A DNA stretch of 64,000 bases, taken from NCBI GenBank assembly GCA_005223125.1, contig NJBH01000007.1:32001-96000 (forward strand). The letters run 5' to 3'. Source of the stretch: Promethearchaeota archaeon Loki_b32 (GTDB lineage: Archaea; Asgardarchaeota; Lokiarchaeia; Sigyniarchaeales; SOKP01). Shown here piece by piece: positions 10,116-19,362 of the stretch. Made by a program: the position numbers and the translations under genes. The notes beneath the pieces were generated by a model that was given only the letters and a program-made list of their open reading frames with translations, was not told where the DNA came from and made no database searches. Position 1 is the stretch's first letter. The number at the start of each line of letters is the position of its first letter.

Positions 10116-10795
10116 GATGTAAAATCCCAAGTATTAATGTTTTCCGCTAATTTGCTTAGAAAGAATTCAGCAATCGTTTCATCTTTATCTTTTAATAATA
10201 AAAATAACTTTGTTAGATGTTTGCAAAATTTTTTGTTATCAGCTCTTCTTGTTACGAAATCATGGCAATTGTGACATACTAGTTTTTTTTTAGTATTTAT
10301 TTCTATTATATAAGATTCTTCTTTAGACCCTTTTACTCTTGATTTTAGAATTCCTTTAGCGCTATCACATTCTAATATTTCAAATGCAGTGTCAGATATG
10401 GACACAGATCTATTTAAAGTTCCTTTATCAGTGAAACTATTAATTAAGACATTAAAATTAGTAGATTTTTCTTTTCCAGTATCACTTTGTATTTGGGTAA
10501 TTTGTTTAGAGGATATGATTTTTTTTAAGACTGCTTTTTTTCTTTTCTTTTGCCAATTTTTTAATTGTTGATTTAGATTTTTTGATAATGTGAAATTTAG
10601 ATTATTATCTTTAACAAGCAATTGATTATCAAGGCAGTTATTAATAAAGCTTATTGCTTCATTGGGTGGAAAAAGAAATAACTCAAATGAAATTTTGTAT
10701 AACAAATCATTTTGTGATATTGTAGGGATATCAATTATTTTCCAGATATATAATAACATTTCTGAATTATTATTACGAGGAATTGAGAAATTCAT
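10112..10795 (-). CDS. DUF2240-like N-terminal domain plus SWIM zinc finger protein
   Basis: N-terminal IS.NDL...ISFE..LF.P.EA..FI......LL pattern; VKGS....Y.I..., H.C.DF...CKH SWIM motif. Confidence 0.7.
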   Translation of the reverse strand: MNFSIPRNNNSEMLLYIWKIIDIPTISQNDLLYKISFELFLFPPNEAISFINNCLDNQLLVKDNNLNFTLSKNLNQQLKNWQKKRKKAVLKKIISSKQITQIQSDTGKEKSTNFNVLINSFTDKGTLNRSVSISDTAFEILECDSAKGILKSRVKGSKEESYIIEINTKKKLVCHNCHDFVTRRADNKKFCKHLTKLFLLLKDKDETIAEFFLSKLAENINTWDFTS

Positions 10796-10834
10796 GATAT
10801 TTAATTAGTTGTATTTAATATTAAAGAAGAATAA

Positions 10835-12628
10835 TTAAACATTGCTTTTTAAGTCTAATTGTGTTCCTCTTAAATTATCCAAATCAACAATGGATAAGAT
10901 GCCTGGAGTAGGTTTAATACCCAAGGATTTCATAAATTCTGTTTGGCTTTGGAAACATCCTGAATTGGCTAATAAAATATTGTAATATGACCCCATATCA
11001 TTAATGTGAATATGTCCTGTGTGAAAAATATCGGGGATTTTATCTATCACAAGCCAATCTTTATTAGTAGGAGCTATTTGTGTCTTCTTTCCATAAATTG
11101 GAGCTAAGTGTCGGCATAATAACAATTCTTTCATCGTTTCTACTGGTTTATTGTTTTCTAAACCGGGTATCAACATATTTAGATCAAGAAGACTATCACC
11201 ATGAAAAACCAATGTGTTTACACTGTGTGTTTGAATAAGTGAGGGATTTCCTATACATGTAATACCATTATTTATAAGATCTGAGGAATATTTCTTTGGT
11301 ACAGCCGGTCTTGGAATTGCATTTCTCACAGGTTCATGATTCCCTGAACTATAAAAAATTTTAATGTATTCTGGGATATTCGAAAGAACTTTTGTTGCTT
11401 CTTCAAATTGTTTATATATATCAGATATGATTAAATCACTTTTTTGTTTAGGATAAACTCCAATCCCATCAACTAAATCGCCATTAATCACGATATACTT
11501 AATTCTACCAGCTCGCTCTCTTTGGTTCTTATTTCCTATTTTTCCATTTAGAAACTTTATAAATCTATTCCATAATTTTTCTTCAAATTCTTTGCTACCA
11601 ATGTGAGTATCTGATATTAAAGCAATAGATAAAGGATCAGATGACTTATTTGGTTCATAATCTTTCGGAATATCAATTTTAGAAATATAATTACAGTATA
11701 TAACCCCCCTTTTACTCCTTTCACCAGGATTATAAGTTCCTTCAATGTAAATCATTTGATCATTGAGAGTTCTATTAGTTAATTTTACATTTTCCTGATT
11801 TTCTGAATCTTTACGGACAATAACATTAATAACACCAGTAAGATCCTCTATTGTTAAAAAGAAATTTTTATTCTTAGTTTTGCGAATTTGATTAACCATT
11901 CCGATTACAGAAACTTCTACTTTATTATTTAATCTTAAAATATTATTAATATTATTAGCAGAAAGAACTTCTGGTCTTTTTCTCATTAAGTTTCGGAGTT
12001 TATTGAATTTATCGATTGTAAGATTGTAAAAATCTTCAAAATCTCCATTTGTATATAGTTTACCTGTAGGATCTTTTAAAATTTTAAAATTGGACTCAAT
12101 ATCCTTAGCTATTGGTTTAAACCTTATTGTTGATTTTGACCCTTCAGCAAGATTTATTTTAAATTTGCTCTTCGTTGCCGCTTTAGGCAGTTCTTCGTTA
12201 CTTTTATTTAATATTAAAGGATCTTCTTGAAAGTCTAATTGTTGCTTAAGTTGAACTTCTTTTGCAGAAATTTTAAGACCTTGTGGTTTTAATGTTTCAT
12301 CTCCTTTTAAATTCAATGAATTTGTTAACCGTGCACTGCTTTCTCCTTGAACTTTTTTCTCTTTTATGGGTTGTGAAATAACCTCTTTTAATAGCACTTT
12401 TTTCAATGCATCATGTAATTCCTTATTTGATATTTGTTGTAAAACTTCCACTGTAAGATGACTGTTAAAGCTAGGAAGAAAACTTACATTCTTAATAATT
12501 AATTTAAGTATCTTTAAGGGATCATCTAAACTCGTAAGAAAATCTAATAGTGATGGAGTTACATTAATCCCAGAATTAAGCAATTCTTTGATAAGAATTG
12601 TTTTTTCATTTAAATTATCGGCTTTCAA
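10835..12628 (-). CDS. polB: DNA polymerase D small subunit DP1
   Basis: OB fold (IEDLTG), SDTHIGS, GDLVDGIGVYP, GNHE, HLAP.YG, HTGHIH, NSGCFQ. Confidence 0.97.
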   Translation of the reverse strand: MKADNLNEKTILIKELLNSGINVTPSLLDFLTSLDDPLKILKLIIKNVSFLPSFNSHLTVEVLQQISNKELHDALKKVLLKEVISQPIKEKKVQGESSARLTNSLNLKGDETLKPQGLKISAKEVQLKQQLDFQEDPLILNKSNEELPKAATKSKFKINLAEGSKSTIRFKPIAKDIESNFKILKDPTGKLYTNGDFEDFYNLTIDKFNKLRNLMRKRPEVLSANNINNILRLNNKVEVSVIGMVNQIRKTKNKNFFLTIEDLTGVINVIVRKDSENQENVKLTNRTLNDQMIYIEGTYNPGERSKRGVIYCNYISKIDIPKDYEPNKSSDPLSIALISDTHIGSKEFEEKLWNRFIKFLNGKIGNKNQRERAGRIKYIVINGDLVDGIGVYPKQKSDLIISDIYKQFEEATKVLSNIPEYIKIFYSSGNHEPVRNAIPRPAVPKKYSSDLINNGITCIGNPSLIQTHSVNTLVFHGDSLLDLNMLIPGLENNKPVETMKELLLCRHLAPIYGKKTQIAPTNKDWLVIDKIPDIFHTGHIHINDMGSYYNILLANSGCFQSQTEFMKSLGIKPTPGILSIVDLDNLRGTQLDLKSNV

Positions 12629-12862
12629 TATTCTACTATCTGAAATGGAATTATAACAATTATTGAAAGATTAAATTAAATCATTTATTATTAAAGAAAA
12701 AACATTTTTCTTTTTATAAGAAGAGACTGTAGAAATTTTGCATTCCCTCTAAATTTATTAATGAAATAGCTGATTAATAATTGATTTTAATTTATCTCGG
12801 AAAATAAGTATATTAATTCAAAATTTCTATAAATAATCTCAATTTTAAAAGTAGGATATTCT

Positions 12863-15800
12863 ATGTCAAACATGAGCAGAACGATGGAACTATATTTTAA
12901 TCAAATTCAAGAACAAGTTGATAGATGTTATTCAATTGCTGAACACGCACGTCAAAAAGGGCTTGATCCTGAATTAGAAGTAGAATCCCCTCAAGCAAAA
13001 GATTTGGCTGGAAGGGTTGAAAAGTTAATAGGCCCTAAAGGTGTAGCTGAGGTAATAAGAGAATTAAAAATGAAAGGATTATCTGAGGATGAGCTTGTTT
13101 TTAAAGTTGTTACTGATATATTAGATAAAAAAATTGGGAATATTGAAACTTTGGAGGCTCGAGTGGACAGAGCTATTAGAGTAGGATTAGCAATAAAGAC
13201 CATGGGTGTTGTAAGTGCTCCGCTTGAAGGCATTTCTAAGATTTTAATCCGAAAGGACAATTTAGGGAGGAAATATCTATCCTTATATTTTGCTGGACCC
13301 ATTAGAGCTGCAGGTGGAACAACTGCCGCCTTATGTGTATTAATTGCAGATTATGTTAGAAAGAAATCAAATATTCCGAAATATGAAGCATCTGAAGCGG
13401 AAATTGGAAGATTTGTTGAAGAGGTTAAATTATACGATAGAAGAGTACATTTACAATATCCATCATCTAATAAAGAAATTCGCTATGCTGTAAGTCGATT
13501 ACCAGTAGAAATAAATGGAGATTCAACAGAAGATGAAGAAGTTTCAGCATTTAGAGATTTACCTAGGATTGAAACCAACAATATACGAGGTGGTGCTTGT
13601 TTAGTTTTAAATGATGGTATTCTTCTTAAAGCACCAAAATTACTTAAGATTGCAACCGCTATGAATTTAAAGGGTTGGGATTGGTTAGCAGAACTAAAGA
13701 ATATTGCCCAAAAGAAAGAAAAAAATGAGAAAAAAGATAATAAAAAAAAATCAAATGAAGAGAGAATCTCTCCAAATTCTAAATATGTTGCTGATATCAT
13801 TGCTGGGAGACCTGTATTCAGCCATCCTTCAAAAGTAGGAGGTCATAGAATAAGATATGGCCGATCTAGAAATACAGGATTAGCTGCCGCAGGAATTCAT
13901 CCAGTTACAATGGTTGTTTTAGATGAATTTATAGCAATCGGAACACAATTAAGAATTGAACGTCCAGGAAAAAGTACAAGTGTATGTCCGGTGAATAGTA
14001 TTGCGCTTCCAATTGTAAAACTGAAAAATGGCAATGTAATAAGAATTTCAAGTATTAAGAAGGCTAAAAAACTTTTTCCTGAAATTGAAGAAGTGTTATT
14101 CTTAGGGGATATATTATTTGGTTTTGGTGAATTTACTGAAAACAATCACATATTATTACCATCTGGATATGTAGAAGAATGGTGGGCATTAGAGTTAGAG
14201 AAATCTATAAAGAGTTTTGATAAAATTGATGAGAAAGTAGAAGATTTTATTAAAAATCCTTTTGAAAATGTTCCCATTGCTGAAGAAGCTGTTCATCTTT
14301 CCAGAAAATTCGATATTCCTTTACATCCTTCATATTTAGATTTCTGGGGGAATTTAACAGTAGAAGAGTTGGATTTATTACGAAATGTATTTGCAAAGAA
14401 TTTTTCTGTTACTGAACAAGAAATTGTTTTAGATTACGAGGAACCAATTAAGAAAATTCTTGAAAAAGCATTTATCTTACATAAAACAAAAGATAATAAG
14501 ATCTTTTTTAGTAGAAAAATGAATTTTATATATAGGACGATTTTTAATCTAGAAGATAAAAATCCTATAAAAATCGAGAAAGGAGATAATGTTTTTACTT
14601 ATTTACATAAGACTTCTTTACTCAAGATTAAAAATAAAGCACCCTATTTCATGGGGTCTAGAATGGGACGTCCCGAAAAATCGCAGAGAAAAAGTATGAA
14701 GGGAGTTCATGGATTATTTCCTTTAAGTGATGTTGTCGGTAGTTCAAGATTATTTGAGAAAGCTATGGGATATAGTGCAAGGAAGAAAAACGAAAATGAA
14801 ACTATACCTAAAAAGAGCAATTCTTTCGAAATGGAAAGCAAAAGAAATATTGTAGAGACAGGAAAGATCAAAATTGACATATGCAGAAAGAAATGTTCGA
14901 AATGTGGGAAATCTAGTATTTTTAACATTTGTCAAAATTGTGGTGCTCATACAGAAATACAAAAAATATGTTCACGATGCAAGATACTTTACCCTACATT
15001 TGAAAATATCTGTTCAAAATGTAATGAACCTCTGAAAACCGCGTACGAAGCAAAATTTAATATTAAACAGTATGTCAATCAAGTTTTGGAATCACTTAAT
15101 ATGCAGTTACCTAGGAAATTAAAAGGGATTATAGGTCTTACTAATGAATATAAAGTACCAGAACCTATCGAAAAAGGTATCTTAAGAGCAAAAAATGATG
15201 TATTAGTTTATAAAACTGCAGAGATACGATATGACGCTACTGATATACCCTTAACTCATTTTAAACCCAATGAAATTGGTACATCTATAGAAGTATTAAA
15301 AAATCTAGGATATAAGGAGGATATTAATGGAAACACTCTCAATAATGGTAATCAGATTTTAGAATTGAAAGTGCAAGATATCATTCTTTCTGATGATTGT
15401 GCTGAATATTTTATTAAAGTCGCTAATTTCCTAGACGATGAATTAGAGTTATTTTATAAAATGGAGCGTTTTTATAAGGTTTCAGTTAGAGAAAATTTAA
15501 TAGGGCATTTAGTGGTAGGTTTAGCTCCTCATACTAGTGCCGGAATAATAGGTAGAATAATAGGTTTTACCCCTGCGAGATCTATCTATGCCCATCCTTA
15601 TTGGCATGCTGCAAAGAGAAGAAATTGTGATGGAGATGAAGATGGGGTTATGTTACTCTTAGATCCTTTATTAAATTTTTCAAGACATTATCTTCCAAGC
15701 AAAATAGGTGGTAGAATGGATGCAACTCTCGTAATAGGCACAAAACTAGATCCGAATGAGATTGATGTAGAAGCTCATAATATAGATACATTGTATAAAT

Positions 15801-16384
15801 ATCCATTAGAGTTTTACGAGGCAACTGAACGATACTCTACTCCTTCTGAAATAGAACCTATAATGAACTTGGTTAAAAGTCAATTAGGTACATTTGATCA
15901 ATATGAACATATAGGTTATAATATTCCTACTGATGATATTAATGAAGGACCAACTACTTCAGCTTACAAATTATATGAAACCATGGATGACAAAGTAACT
16001 GCTCAATTACACCTTGCTAAAATCATAAAGGCTGTAAAGGCAAAGAAAGTAGCTGAAAAAATTTTGACTACTCATTTTAATCCAGATATATTAGGTAATT
16101 TACGCAAGTTTTCGGTTCAAGGTTTTCGATGTGTTAAATGTAATGAAAAATTCAGACGAGTTCCGATATCGAACAGTGGTAAATGTCCAAAGTGTGGAAA
16201 TAGAGTTATCTTAACAGTTAATCGTGGAGGAATTGAAAAATATATACCTCGTGCTTTAGATTTATGTAATGATTTTAATTTAGATGATTATACAAAACAG
16301 AGAATGGAATTAATAGAGGAATATGTAGAGAGTTTGACAAATAATCCAAAGATTAAACAACATAAGTTATCAGACTTTTTTTAA
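12863..16384 (+). CDS. polC: DNA polymerase D large subunit DP2
   Basis: AGPIRAAGGT, RYGRSRNTG, ERPGK, catalytic RRNCDGDED, Zn fingers, C-terminal PIP-like QHKLSDFF; no intein. Confidence 0.98.
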   Translation: MSNMSRTMELYFNQIQEQVDRCYSIAEHARQKGLDPELEVESPQAKDLAGRVEKLIGPKGVAEVIRELKMKGLSEDELVFKVVTDILDKKIGNIETLEARVDRAIRVGLAIKTMGVVSAPLEGISKILIRKDNLGRKYLSLYFAGPIRAAGGTTAALCVLIADYVRKKSNIPKYEASEAEIGRFVEEVKLYDRRVHLQYPSSNKEIRYAVSRLPVEINGDSTEDEEVSAFRDLPRIETNNIRGGACLVLNDGILLKAPKLLKIATAMNLKGWDWLAELKNIAQKKEKNEKKDNKKKSNEERISPNSKYVADIIAGRPVFSHPSKVGGHRIRYGRSRNTGLAAAGIHPVTMVVLDEFIAIGTQLRIERPGKSTSVCPVNSIALPIVKLKNGNVIRISSIKKAKKLFPEIEEVLFLGDILFGFGEFTENNHILLPSGYVEEWWALELEKSIKSFDKIDEKVEDFIKNPFENVPIAEEAVHLSRKFDIPLHPSYLDFWGNLTVEELDLLRNVFAKNFSVTEQEIVLDYEEPIKKILEKAFILHKTKDNKIFFSRKMNFIYRTIFNLEDKNPIKIEKGDNVFTYLHKTSLLKIKNKAPYFMGSRMGRPEKSQRKSMKGVHGLFPLSDVVGSSRLFEKAMGYSARKKNENETIPKKSNSFEMESKRNIVETGKIKIDICRKKCSKCGKSSIFNICQNCGAHTEIQKICSRCKILYPTFENICSKCNEPLKTAYEAKFNIKQYVNQVLESLNMQLPRKLKGIIGLTNEYKVPEPIEKGILRAKNDVLVYKTAEIRYDATDIPLTHFKPNEIGTSIEVLKNLGYKEDINGNTLNNGNQILELKVQDIILSDDCAEYFIKVANFLDDELELFYKMERFYKVSVRENLIGHLVVGLAPHTSAGIIGRIIGFTPARSIYAHPYWHAAKRRNCDGDEDGVMLLLDPLLNFSRHYLPSKIGGRMDATLVIGTKLDPNEIDVEAHNIDTLYKYPLEFYEATERYSTPSEIEPIMNLVKSQLGTFDQYEHIGYNIPTDDINEGPTTSAYKLYETMDDKVTAQLHLAKIIKAVKAKKVAEKILTTHFNPDILGNLRKFSVQGFRCVKCNEKFRRVPISNSGKCPKCGNRVILTVNRGGIEKYIPRALDLCNDFNLDDYTKQRMELIEEYVESLTNNPKIKQHKLSDFF

Positions 16385-16392
16385 AAAATATC

Positions 16393-17586
16393 TTAATTAT
16401 TTGAGTCAATACTCTTTAAAGCGTGATAACAAATATTTAAACATCCGTTTAGATTTTCTACAGAGCATTTGTCAGGTGTATCTCTTAATGAATGAATATA
16501 TTTAGAATCCTTACTTGAAAGGAAACAACTCACTTGAAATTTACTTCTGGTTTTTCTAGCAAATTTTCTAAAAGATTTATAATCACTTTTAGGTGAGATA
16601 ATTTTATTGTACTTTCTTATGGAGATTTTTAATTGGTTAGCCGATGCTTCTAGAATATCATTAAAGTTTTTATTTATTTTTCTTCTAAATATACCTGATT
16701 TATTTAAAAGTCCAATATATGTCCCGACCATATCTAAATTGATATTGAGAGATTTATCAAGATCATAATTTTGTTTTAGAATTTTATAATATTGATCACA
16801 GAAACTCTTAGAACCTTTTAAACCCCATTCTTCGGCTCCAAACCATAAAAACAGAACATCTATGTTTTCAAATGGGTTTCTTTTAATAAATTTTACCATT
16901 TCAATCAAAATAGCAACACCACTTGCATTATCAATCGAACCTGATGATGGTCGTTCAACAAAAACTAAATATATTATAGGAATTGAAACAAATATTCCAC
17001 TAACTGAAGTAAAAGTTATTAAAAGTACAGTAAAATAGGTGAGAGGAACAATATCTAAGTAATCAAGAATAAAAATAAGGAAAAATAGTATGATAATTAA
17101 GGCATAAAAGTAAACTATAAGTCTATAAATAAAAAATATAACAACCTGTAATTTGTATGGTAAATTTGTTGAAATAGAGTCATAGTGAGCAGAAAATATA
17201 ACTAAGGGGCGGTTTGGCTTTCTTTCTTTAGCAGAGATTTGAGCAAATATATTTTTCGATTCTTCCTTTTTTACAAATGAAACTTCACGAGTTTTTTCAA
17301 ACATAAATTTTATTATGAAATAAACAATAACAACCAAAAATAAGCGAAATAAAAGGAATAAAATAAGAATAAGAACATAACTTGTTCTCATTAATATCCT
17401 CATAGGTCCCGTCCAATTAAAGTATTCAATTTCAGATTTAATATTAGAGTCTTTTAACTCTTTTTCTATATATTGTAATGCTTCTGTTTCTCCGGTAGAA
17501 GAAGCTGTACGGTTAAAAGCTAATGCTTTAACATGTTCAATAGTTCCATCTTCACGATATATTTGTAAATTAGAAATTAGAATCAC
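16393..17586 (-). CDS. Membrane-embedded M28 family metallopeptidase
   Basis: SAHYDS, G.IDNASG, AEEWGLKGS, NLDMVG, IHS..D motifs with inserted TM helices. Confidence 0.9.
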   Translation of the reverse strand: MILISNLQIYREDGTIEHVKALAFNRTASSTGETEALQYIEKELKDSNIKSEIEYFNWTGPMRILMRTSYVLILILFLLFRLFLVVIVYFIIKFMFEKTREVSFVKKEESKNIFAQISAKERKPNRPLVIFSAHYDSISTNLPYKLQVVIFFIYRLIVYFYALIIILFFLIFILDYLDIVPLTYFTVLLITFTSVSGIFVSIPIIYLVFVERPSSGSIDNASGVAILIEMVKFIKRNPFENIDVLFLWFGAEEWGLKGSKSFCDQYYKILKQNYDLDKSLNINLDMVGTYIGLLNKSGIFRRKINKNFNDILEASANQLKISIRKYNKIISPKSDYKSFRKFARKTRSKFQVSCFLSSKDSKYIHSLRDTPDKCSVENLNGCLNICYHALKSIDSNN

Positions 17587-17708
17587 ATATAAACTGTAAT
17601 TTAAGAATTATTTATGCTAAATATTAAAATCGTTTTTTACTAATTTAAATTGCCTTTTTACTAATATCTGTCAGAATATTTTGAATATTTAGTTAATTTT
17701 TAAAAATA

Positions 17709-17857
17709 TGCAGGAGGTGGGATTTTCCATCGAAAAGCGTATAATTTACGTCGATTTTTGAACCCACGAAGACCTATGTCACTAGAGCCTCAGTCATGCC
17801 ATAAACGTATAATAACGTTATATTCTAGCACCGTAGACCCGGCTTGGCTACTCCTGC
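17709..17857 (-). tRNA. tRNA-Leu(GAG) with two introns (30/31: 17795-17824; 59/60: 17723-17756)
   Basis: Acceptor GCAGGAG/CTCCTGC, anticodon arm CTAGA-CTGAGGC-TCTAG after splicing, long variable arm, T arm GTGGG-TTCAAAT-CCCAC; both introns form BHB motifs whose cleavage restores the canonical tRNA. Confidence 0.93.
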
Positions 17858-18176
17858 GATTAAAATTTGCTTTTTTAAGTATTGAATATAGATAATGTAT
17901 TTAGTTTTTAAAATTTTTTTACCTTAATGATTAAATTTAAATGAACAGTCATTAGAAAAATGAAACAAAATCCAAAAGGAAATTAATATAAAAATTTTTC
18001 CTTTAAGTCAATTCAAGATTAGAAAAAGTATTTCTTTTTAATTCTAAACTTTTAATTCCCATTTCTTTGAGGATTATCTTTTTCTATAAATTTTTATAAC
18101 AAACCAATTATATAAAAAATATATTTAGATTATTTTATATTACACTTGAAAACAAACTTTAAAGGTTATCGAGTCC

Positions 18177-19190
18177 ATGTCAGTCGATCGAAAAAAACTT
18201 GAAGCATTACTAAAATGGTATAAGCAAGAAATAGGAGAAAATTTAATTGCGGCTCTTATCGTGAATAGAGAAGGGTTAGTAATGTCTGCTTTAAAAGGGT
18301 CTTCTGAGGCAGAGGTAGAAGAAGATGTGATTGGCGGTGTTAGTGCACTGGTAGAACCCGTTTTAACTAGAATCACAGAAGAGTTTAGTTCTGGTTCTTT
18401 TGGAACTGGAACCTTTGATACAGAAGAACAAAGGTTCATTTTTTGTGAAGCTGGTCCAGAAGCTATTTTTGTGACAGTTTTAACTTCAGTTTCAATGGTG
18501 GATCCTGTCTTTCCATATGCATATTTAGCTGCTGAAAAAATTGCCAGAATTTTTGATGGAAGAACGGTAAGTCCTGTAATTCCTAAATTAGTCTCTGAAA
18601 TGGAAACTAAAAATATTGAAAGGAAAGTAGATACGCTTCAAAAAATTAAGGTACAGTCTGGAGAATATGCCTTTAAGCTTATCCTAGGTGGCGAAGGGGG
18701 AGTGGGAAAGACAAGCTTGGTTCATCGTTTTGTTGAAGATGCATTTCAAACTGACTATAAATCTACAATTGGAACATCAATAATGAAAAAAGAATGTGAT
18801 TTTCAAGGATTAGAATCAAAAGTTCGCTTTGTTATCTGGGATTTAGCAGGACAAGCGCAATTTAAACGTGTAAGGCAAACATATTTAAGCAATGCCGAAG
18901 CAGGTATTTTAGTTTATGATGTAACTCGCAAAGAAACCTTCGTTAAATTAGAGAATTGGTTCAATGAAATTAAGGAGGTTTCTTCAACGATTTCACTAAT
19001 CCTAGTGGGAAATAAGATAGATCTAGAAGATCAACGTGTTGTATCGCTTAAACAAGGAGAAGAACTCGCACAAAAATTGAACCTTTCATATATTGAAACA
19101 TCGGCCAAAACAGGGGAAAATATAAATGATGCATTTAAAATGCTCGGTTTACAATTGATTAAACGTTATGTTTTTACTGAAGAAGTATGA
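18177..19190 (+). CDS. Roadblock/LC7 (MglB-like) domain fused to Rab-like small GTPase
   Basis: N-terminal AALIVNREGLVMSA roadblock pattern; GEGGVGKT, TIG, WDLAGQ, NKID, ETSAKTG. Confidence 0.92.
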   Translation: MSVDRKKLEALLKWYKQEIGENLIAALIVNREGLVMSALKGSSEAEVEEDVIGGVSALVEPVLTRITEEFSSGSFGTGTFDTEEQRFIFCEAGPEAIFVTVLTSVSMVDPVFPYAYLAAEKIARIFDGRTVSPVIPKLVSEMETKNIERKVDTLQKIKVQSGEYAFKLILGGEGGVGKTSLVHRFVEDAFQTDYKSTIGTSIMKKECDFQGLESKVRFVIWDLAGQAQFKRVRQTYLSNAEAGILVYDVTRKETFVKLENWFNEIKEVSSTISLILVGNKIDLEDQRVVSLKQGEELAQKLNLSYIETSAKTGENINDAFKMLGLQLIKRYVFTEEV

Positions 19191-19194
19191 TGAA

Positions 19195-19296
19195 AGCCTC
19201 TGGGGGGAATTGAACCCCCGACCTACAGATTACGAATCTTTAGCATTTTCTTCAAAGTGACATTTAATGTTGCTATACCCACTAAGCCACAGAGGC
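19195..19296 (-). tRNA. tRNA-Thr(CGT) with 29-nt intron at ~28/29 (19240-19268)
   Basis: Acceptor GCCTCTG/CAGAGGC, anticodon arm ACAGA-TTCGTAA-TCTGT after splicing, T arm GGGGG-TTCAATT-CCCCC; relaxed BHB with helix AGCA/TGCT. Confidence 0.9.
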
Positions 19297-19362
19297 AAGA
19301 AATTTTAAAAATACGAGTTTCTTCAAAAATTATAATTGTAATAAAATTTTAAATGTTATTTA

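Noticed and set aside
12863-16384. Possible inteins in DP2 (also checked rtcB, cdc6, nrdD, rpoB)
   Set aside because: Usual insertion motifs (RRNCDGDED, Walker A, etc.) are contiguous and protein lengths are normal
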